From the IMG/VR virus record IMGVR_UViG_3300044845_000975: a stretch of 64,000 nucleotides of DNA. The stretch is one strand, 5' to 3'. Shown one piece after another: positions 57,923 through 64,000 of the stretch. The notes under the pieces are model-generated. The model did no database searches. It worked only from the letters and a program-made list of their open reading frames with translations, and was not told the origin of the DNA. Within the stretch, counting starts at the first letter, position 1. Each line of letters starts with the position of its first letter. The position numbers and the translations under genes are program-made. Source of the DNA: an uncultured virus (IMG/VR IMGVR_UViG_3300044845_000975). Lineage: Duplodnaviria; Heunggongvirae; Uroviricota; Caudoviricetes.

Positions 57923-58940
57923 AGCCAAGACTCCATTATCTGCTAGTAGAATTAAAACTGCACAAAGTTGCAGTTGGTTATACTGGTGCAAATACCATTT
58001 AAAATTGCCAGATAAAGGTAATGAAGGAAGCTCCAGGGGGTCAATTTGCCACTTGGTTTTTGAATGCCTAGGAGAAAAGCGCCACAAAAAACACTACGAT
58101 CTTATCATCAAGAAGCAGGATATTTTTGCGAGCAAAGCTATTGAGAGAATGGTAATGAAGCACGCTCGCAGAGACAGTGTAGATTCAGAAGACAATATCC
58201 AGCAAATTAAGACAATGACGTTGGCTGGACTAGAATACGATTTCTTTGGCAATGCTGAGGGCAAACCTACTCAAGCTTTGAGCGAAGAAGATTTTGATTT
58301 CAATTACCAAGACAATGAAGTAAGCTACAAAATCAAAGGTTTTATTGACAAACTCTTTCTATATAAGAAGAAGGGTTTAGCAATTATCCGCGACTTTAAA
58401 AGCAGCAAAGAACCATTTAAAGGAAAAGAGATTGAAAATAATCTTCAAGACCTCATGTATGCATTAGCAGTGAGAAAGAAATTTCCTGAGTATAAATTGA
58501 CTCGCTCTGAATTTTTATTCTTGAAGTTTTTGCCAGAACCAAAAGGAGTCATTCAAATGGACGAATTGACGGATGAAGAATTGCGCGGCTTTGAATTAGA
58601 ATTAACTCAAATCCAAAAGTATCTTGATAATTTTTCGATTAAAGACGCCTTCTCTGATCTTGCGGCTCGCAGAGACTATCCAAAAGATAATTCCTTTGGT
58701 GGTCCATTACAATGCGGAAGAGCCACTCATAAAGGACAGTTGAAAAAAGATGGTAGCGTAATGTACCATTGTCCATATAAGTTTGATTTTTATTATTATA
58801 AAATTAACGATATGCAAGGCAATATGGTAGCTTCTTGCTTCTTAGAAGACTTTGACGAATACACTAAAAAATATCCAGAAGATCAGTTCTTGTATCAGAC
58901 TGTTTATTATTCGGGTTGCCCTGGCCATCAAAAACGGTAA
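57912..58940 (+). CDS. PD-(D/E)XK exonuclease (RecB/Cas4-like)
   Basis: LSASRI....C, GS.CH, GFIDKL, DFKS, Q..MY, C-terminal Cys residues. Confidence 0.85.
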   Translation: MSHKAKTPLSASRIKTAQSCSWLYWCKYHLKLPDKGNEGSSRGSICHLVFECLGEKRHKKHYDLIIKKQDIFASKAIERMVMKHARRDSVDSEDNIQQIKTMTLAGLEYDFFGNAEGKPTQALSEEDFDFNYQDNEVSYKIKGFIDKLFLYKKKGLAIIRDFKSSKEPFKGKEIENNLQDLMYALAVRKKFPEYKLTRSEFLFLKFLPEPKGVIQMDELTDEELRGFELELTQIQKYLDNFSIKDAFSDLAARRDYPKDNSFGGPLQCGRATHKGQLKKDGSVMYHCPYKFDFYYYKINDMQGNMVASCFLEDFDEYTKKYPEDQFLYQTVYYSGCPGHQKR

Positions 58941-58946
58941 AAGTTC

Positions 58947-58975
58947 TTGACTTGAGCAACGTACTATGCTATAAT
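58947..58975 (+). promoter_or_regulatory. sigma70-type leaderless promoter
   Basis: TTGACT-N17-(TGc)TATAAT-N5-ATG. Confidence 0.85.
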
Positions 58976-58980
58976 TTAGC

Positions 58981-59739
58981 ATGATTCCGCTGTTCAAAAC
59001 AACTTATAGTATTGGTAAGTCAATACTAACACTACAAGACCCAAGTAAAACAAAAGCTGGCGGTCCCGATAGTGTCATCTCTATTGCAAAAGAAAACAAT
59101 CTAAAGTCGGTCTTCCTAGTAGAAGACTCAATGATTGGGTTCATTGACGCGCATCAACGATGTAAAGAAAATGATATTCAGCTAATCTTTGGCCTAAGAT
59201 TGAACTGCTGCAATGACCGAAATAATGAACAGTCTCGGAAAGAAAGCCTTCATAAAATAATCATTATGGCAAAAAATGATGAAGGTGTAAAACATTTAAC
59301 TCAAATCTATTCTATCGCTAATCAAGAATCAGCGGGATTTGTTGATAGCGAACTTTTGAACAAGTATTGGCATGAGGATTCACTTAAATTATGCATCCCA
59401 TTTTATGATTCATTTATTTACATGAATCACTTTATTGGCTCAAAGTGCGTGCCTGATTTCAAGTTTACTAAAGCGACTCTATTCATTGAAGATAACGATT
59501 TGCCTTTCGATGAGATTTTAACAGAAAAAATTGTTGTCTTTTCGGAAAAAGAAGTTCTAAAAATAGAACAAGTCAAATCAATCTATTATAAAGATAGGAA
59601 AGATTTCGAAGCTTGGCAAACTTACAAATGTCTCTGCAATCGCAGTTTCGGAAAACAACAGTCACTATCAAACCCTAACCTTAACCATTGCGGCAGCGAT
59701 TCTTTTTGCTGGCAAGCCTTCCAAGAATATGAAAGATAA
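58981..59739 (+). CDS. stand-alone PHP domain of DNA polymerase III alpha
   Basis: T.YSIGKS, LVEDSMIG, IFG, AKN.EG...L..I.S. Confidence 0.8.
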   Translation: MIPLFKTTYSIGKSILTLQDPSKTKAGGPDSVISIAKENNLKSVFLVEDSMIGFIDAHQRCKENDIQLIFGLRLNCCNDRNNEQSRKESLHKIIIMAKNDEGVKHLTQIYSIANQESAGFVDSELLNKYWHEDSLKLCIPFYDSFIYMNHFIGSKCVPDFKFTKATLFIEDNDLPFDEILTEKIVVFSEKEVLKIEQVKSIYYKDRKDFEAWQTYKCLCNRSFGKQQSLSNPNLNHCGSDSFCWQAFQEYER

Positions 59740-60364
59740 TTTGCTTCGTTTTAATTTTAATCAAAAGTATGTTGTTCTCGACACAGAGACAGAAGGACTT
59801 AATCTTTTGCGTTCTCGTCCTTGGCAATTAGCTTGGATTGAAGCTGTAGGTAAAAAAATTATTGCCAGACACGAAAGATACATCTGGTGGCCTGACTTAA
59901 AAGTTTCAGAAGAAGCCGCAAGAATCACTGGATTTGATTACGGTAAATACAAGAGACTAGCAGTGAGTCCAGAAGAAGTAATCAGTGAATTCTGGCCAAT
60001 CTTAGAAAATAAAGAGAATAAAATTATCGGCCAGAATATTCTTGGTTTTGATGTTTACATGCTTAATTCTTTGAGAAAGTCTTGTGGACAAGAAGCGTGC
60101 TTCAGCTATATTCGTAGAGTATTAGATACGAAAGCTTTGGCCATGTCAATTGCTAAAGAAGTTAAAACTGTTGAGTCTGATGATTTAATTTCTTGGCAGT
60201 ATCGTTGGCTCAACTATCGCGAAAAAGGAATAAAAACTAGCCAAGCTCACTTGCTTAAACATTACGAGATTCCTCATGATGCAAGCAAACTGCATGACGC
60301 TCTTTACGATATTGAAATGACTTTTCAAATTTTCCAAAAGCAAATTTACGACATTGAAATCTAA
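59729..60364 (+). CDS. DnaQ-like 3'-5' exonuclease (DEDDh)
   Basis: DTETEG, GQN..GFD, DT, HDALYD. Confidence 0.9.
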   Translation: MKDNLLRFNFNQKYVVLDTETEGLNLLRSRPWQLAWIEAVGKKIIARHERYIWWPDLKVSEEAARITGFDYGKYKRLAVSPEEVISEFWPILENKENKIIGQNILGFDVYMLNSLRKSCGQEACFSYIRRVLDTKALAMSIAKEVKTVESDDLISWQYRWLNYREKGIKTSQAHLLKHYEIPHDASKLHDALYDIEMTFQIFQKQIYDIEI

Positions 60365-60365
60365 C

Positions 60366-62921
60366 ATGATTAACGAATTCCAAAAATATGAAAACCCCAC
60401 TCTTCCAGGGGTTAAACTCCCAGAGATTATCATTGACCAAAAATACTATGATTTACTTGAGATTCCCAATTCATCTTCTAATTATCAATTTCTTCGTAAA
60501 CTTTGTCACAAAGGTGTTCTAGATAAACAAATTGATAAAAAAGAAAACGCTCAAGTTTATTATGACCGAGTTAAGACTGAGCTTTCTCTTTTCGAAGAAC
60601 TAGGGTTTATTGATTATGTTCTATTGAATTGGGACATTCTTAATTTCTGCCACGAAAACAAAATCCCAACAGGCCCAGGGCGAGGCTCTGCTGCTGGTTC
60701 TCTTGTTCTTTATTTGATTGGGGTGACTAAGGTTGACCCGATTGAGTATGAGCTTTATTTTGAGCGATTTGTTTCAAAGAGCCGTGCAAGAAAGATTGAA
60801 GTGAACGGCGAAGTATTTCTTGATGGTTCACTTCTAGCAGACGTTGATAACGACATCGCTTACGAACGTCGTCAAGAAGTTATTAAATTCATTGAAAACA
60901 AGTACGCTGGTAAGACATGTAAAATTCTCACTCTCAATACATTAAGTAGCAAACTATGCATTAAAGAGTGCGGTAAAATTGTTGGAGAACTGCCAGAAAC
61001 ATCCGTGAATGAAGTTAGCGATTTAATTCCCAAAAAGTTCGGGAAAGTAGCTTCTCTTAAAAACTCTTGCGAAGAAAGTGAAAAGTTTAAGGAGTGGGCA
61101 GATGCTAATCCAAAGATTTTCTCTGTTGCTCAAAAACTAGAAGGCTTAGTCAAGAACACTGGTGTTCACCCATCTGGCATTGCAATTAGCCATTACAAGC
61201 TCGAAGAAATCATGCCTCTACAAAAGACGGGAGAAGGTGATTTGGTATCAGGTTACGACATGAATAATGTTGCTAGTTTGTGTGTTAAGTTTGATATTCT
61301 TGGCCTTCGCACTCTGTCAGTTATTCAAGATGTTTGTCAACAAGTTGGGCTTGATATTTTATCAGTTAATCTTAGGGACGAAGAGATTTATTCTAACCTT
61401 CAAAACTTAATTGCTCCACAAGGACTATTCCAGATTGAAGCTGATACAAACTTCCGAGTAGCTCAAAAAGTAAAACCAAAGAATCTAGAGCAGCTTTCTG
61501 CCGTGGTTGCTATTGCTCGCCCTGGAGCTTTGGATTTCTTGGACAGATATTCTCGGTATGTAGAGACTGGAGCTTTCCAAAGCGTTCACCCATTCTTCGA
61601 TGATATTCTAGAATATACTGGTGGCATTCCTTTGTATCAAGAGCAGCTTATGAGAATGGCTGTTAAGGTTGGGTTTACCCTAGATGAAGCTGAACAACTT
61701 CGCCGCATCGTAGGCAAGAAGAAGGTTGATCAGATGGCAGCTTGGCAAGACAAGATCAAGCAGAAGATTGAGGAAAATAAGCTAGACCCTGTTATTTCAG
61801 AAGTCTTGTGGAAAGTCGCAGAAGATAGTGCAAACTATTCATTCAACAAGTCGCACTCAATCTCATACGCTATTCTTGCTGCTTGGACGGTTTATTTGAA
61901 ATTTAAATATCCTCAGAACTTTTTCTTGAGTTTGTTGAAAATGAGTCAGTTCGAACCAGATTCTTTTGCAGAAATTAATAAGATTACTCAGGAGCTTCAA
62001 CTCTTTAATATCAAGCTTTTGCCGCCTGATTTGAGTAAGTCTAAAAATGATTTCGCCATTGAAGGTAGGAATATTCGATATGGATTAAATAGCATTAAAG
62101 GAATCTCTGACAATACTCTTGATTCTCTTATGGAGTTTTGCCAAGCAGACTTGAAAACTAAATACGATGTATTCATTGCAGCTAAACAAGTTGGGCTAAA
62201 CATTGGTAATCTATCCGCATTGATTCAGGCTGGCGCACTTAATAGCTTTTCAGAAGATCGTTGCCGTTTAGTTTTAGAGGCTCAAGCCTTTAACATCTTA
62301 ACCGAAAGAGAAAAGAGGCTATTCATGTCTTTGGGTGAGAAATATAATTACGATATTTTAAACACAATCCATGATTGCGTTAAAAATAAACAAGTTGGGG
62401 ACGATAACAAGCCAATCATGAATGAAAAGAGATTTGATACATTCAAGGGTAAGTATGCTGGCTATCGTGAAATTTACGACAAGAATAGCAAAAGTCCTAA
62501 ATTTGCTAACTGGTATTTTGAAAGCAAATTACTTGGTTACTCTTATTCTTATAAGATCAAGGATATTTTTTCGGAAGAAAGTTCAGAACGATACACTGAT
62601 TGTCTAACATTCAATTCCCTTGACATTAACGAGTCCGTGCGTATGGTAGGAGTGGTGAAAGACTGCTTTAAGAAGAAAAGCGCCAATGGAAATAAATATG
62701 CTAAACTCGAAATCTCTGATGAGAATGGCAAAATTAGAGCTATGCTTCTTGATTCTGCTAGACAAGCTAAACTTACCGAATATTTGGACAATGGCAACAA
62801 ATTACCAAAAGAAGAAAACATTGTAATCCTTTCTGGACGTAAAGGAGAAGATATTCTTTTTATTGATAAAATGGCTATTTTAGATGAAAAGATTTATATG
62901 AAACTATCTGAGATTAAATAA
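60366..62921 (+). CDS. dnaE: DNA polymerase III alpha catalytic core
   Basis: GPGRGSAAGSL, FERF, DVDND, KFDILGL, YQEQ, FNKSH. Confidence 0.95.
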   Translation: MINEFQKYENPTLPGVKLPEIIIDQKYYDLLEIPNSSSNYQFLRKLCHKGVLDKQIDKKENAQVYYDRVKTELSLFEELGFIDYVLLNWDILNFCHENKIPTGPGRGSAAGSLVLYLIGVTKVDPIEYELYFERFVSKSRARKIEVNGEVFLDGSLLADVDNDIAYERRQEVIKFIENKYAGKTCKILTLNTLSSKLCIKECGKIVGELPETSVNEVSDLIPKKFGKVASLKNSCEESEKFKEWADANPKIFSVAQKLEGLVKNTGVHPSGIAISHYKLEEIMPLQKTGEGDLVSGYDMNNVASLCVKFDILGLRTLSVIQDVCQQVGLDILSVNLRDEEIYSNLQNLIAPQGLFQIEADTNFRVAQKVKPKNLEQLSAVVAIARPGALDFLDRYSRYVETGAFQSVHPFFDDILEYTGGIPLYQEQLMRMAVKVGFTLDEAEQLRRIVGKKKVDQMAAWQDKIKQKIEENKLDPVISEVLWKVAEDSANYSFNKSHSISYAILAAWTVYLKFKYPQNFFLSLLKMSQFEPDSFAEINKITQELQLFNIKLLPPDLSKSKNDFAIEGRNIRYGLNSIKGISDNTLDSLMEFCQADLKTKYDVFIAAKQVGLNIGNLSALIQAGALNSFSEDRCRLVLEAQAFNILTEREKRLFMSLGEKYNYDILNTIHDCVKNKQVGDDNKPIMNEKRFDTFKGKYAGYREIYDKNSKSPKFANWYFESKLLGYSYSYKIKDIFSEESSERYTDCLTFNSLDINESVRMVGVVKDCFKKKSANGNKYAKLEISDENGKIRAMLLDSARQAKLTEYLDNGNKLPKEENIVILSGRKGEDILFIDKMAILDEKIYMKLSEIK

Positions 62922-62937
62922 GTGTAAAAATATGAGG

Positions 62938-64000
62938 ATGAAAAATTTTAATTTGACCCCGCGAGTCAAAAAAGCAATTCAACAAGCACAAAATGTCGCT
63001 AAAGAATTGGGGCATGAGAGAGTTAATTGTGCCCACATATTCAAAACGATTCTTGAATTGGATTATCCATTATTTAATAATCTTTTTCGTCCTTACTTAG
63101 TTAACCGATATGACTTAGCTTCTGAAGTTATTCCTTTTGTTTTAGAGAATCACCCATCTTTCTTTAAGAAAAGAGTCAATCAAAAAACTTGGCACAACGA
63201 AGTTGAAGAAATTTTAAAATTCTCTAATGAGACTGGTATGCAATTAAATCAGGAATACATTGGCGTTGAACACGTTCTGTATTCATTAGTTATGACTTCT
63301 CCTACTGTCAGGGGATTCTTAGCTGCAAAAAAATTTCCAGTAGATCGTTTTGCAAATACTCTTATTGAGTCAATGAGTCCTCAAAAGATGATGTCTCAAG
63401 AAGAACCAGTTGTCACAGAAGAGGCTGTAGATATTGAGAGTGAAAAAGCGGAAGATGTAAAATATATTCGCAAGTATTGTGTTGATTTAAATAAACTAGC
63501 TTTAGAGAATAAACTCAACAACGTTTATGGGCGAGAAAAAGAAATCGACGCTTTGGCTGAAATTTTATTGAGAAAAAACAAGAGCAATGCAGTTCTTATT
63601 GGAGATCCTGGCGTTGGTAAAACAGCAATCGTTGAAGGATTAGCTCACAAAATTACTCATGGAGAAACTACTGATCTTCTATCAGGCAAGATTATTCTAT
63701 CTCTTAACTTAGGTTCTCTTGTTGCTGGAACAAAATATAGAGGCCAATTCGAAGAGAGATTTCAAGGTCTTTTAGAAAATCTTAAAAAAGATCGTCGCTA
63801 TATTCTTTTTATTGATGAAATTCATACAGTGATTGGCGCTGGTAGTGGAGAAGGTTCTCTCGATGCGGCGAACATGATTAAACCAGCCCTAGCTCGCGGA
63901 GAAATCACTTGTATTGGCGCTACAACACATGCTGAGTACAAGAAGGTCTTTGAGAAAGACTCTGCGTTAAAACGCCGTTTTGAGTCTGTTTCTATTGATG
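62938..64000 (+). CDS. ClpA/B/C-family AAA+ ATPase, 3'-truncated by window edge
   Basis: Clp N-domain (LTPRVKKAI..A...A..LGH; YIGVEH), GREKEI, GDPGVGKT, AGTKYRGQFEER, FIDEIH, KPALARG, GATT; absent from the ORF track because it has no stop in the window. Confidence 0.93.
   Translation, partial: MKNFNLTPRVKKAIQQAQNVAKELGHERVNCAHIFKTILELDYPLFNNLFRPYLVNRYDLASEVIPFVLENHPSFFKKRVNQKTWHNEVEEILKFSNETGMQLNQEYIGVEHVLYSLVMTSPTVRGFLAAKKFPVDRFANTLIESMSPQKMMSQEEPVVTEEAVDIESEKAEDVKYIRKYCVDLNKLALENKLNNVYGREKEIDALAEILLRKNKSNAVLIGDPGVGKTAIVEGLAHKITHGETTDLLSGKIILSLNLGSLVAGTKYRGQFEERFQGLLENLKKDRRYILFIDEIHTVIGAGSGEGSLDAANMIKPALARGEITCIGATTHAEYKKVFEKDSALKRRFESVSID

Noticed and set aside
57912..58940. Cas4 as part of a CRISPR-Cas system
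   Set aside because: No other cas genes or array; context is phage replication and recombination
3286..62821. Many short antisense or alternative-frame ORFs in the track (e.g. 13478..13924, 14073..14402, 40184..40507)
   Set aside because: Overlap well-supported genes and lack motifs or promoters
45376..62921. Introns or inteins in nrdA, nrdB, recA, dnaB or dnaE
   Set aside because: Proteins are continuous and of expected length; no intein terminal motifs seen
1..64000. Stop-codon recoding, tRNA genes, integrase or tail sheath
   Set aside because: Dense intact ORFs under the standard code ending in TAA, TGA and TAG; no cloverleaf, recombinase or sheath recognised by eye (tRNAscan not run)

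Overview
A 64-kb slice of a large, apparently lytic tailed dsDNA phage (Caudoviricetes) using the standard code. It has a 2366-aa tape measure protein and no recognisable sheath gene in the window, so it is probably siphovirus-like. Layout: (1) 1-2.3 kb, tiny minus-strand genes, each with its own leaderless sigma70-type promoter, separated by duplicated repeat/hairpin modules, plus a deaminase. (2) 2.4-32.9 kb, morphogenesis: PhoH, phage sigma factor, ERCC4 nuclease, terminase, portal, protease/scaffold, decoration protein, major capsid, an inverted neck/tail-tube block, chaperones, tape measure and tail-tip proteins. (3) 32.8-45.1 kb, mostly minus-strand accessory block: annealing protein, glycosyltransferases, cupin, methyltransferase, Tad2-like protein, SSB, second sigma factor, dNMP kinase, HNH-like endonuclease, dUTPase. 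(4) 45.4-64 kb, plus strand: class Id-like RNR, GT2/methyltransferase/Gmd, RecA, DnaB, primase, GIY-YIG, Cas4/RecB-like exonuclease, three-part DnaE and a truncated Clp ATPase. Main leads: a candidate virion O-glycosylation system (many sugar enzymes plus selective Ser/Thr-Gly enrichment in exposed virion proteins), a PD-(D/E)XK nuclease-like cassette bounded by repeated G(F/Y)IPNF motifs inside the tape measure protein, and a phage-specific, mostly leaderless (G)TGTAA promoter class. All family calls come from reading motifs by eye; no database search was run and all counts are manual.
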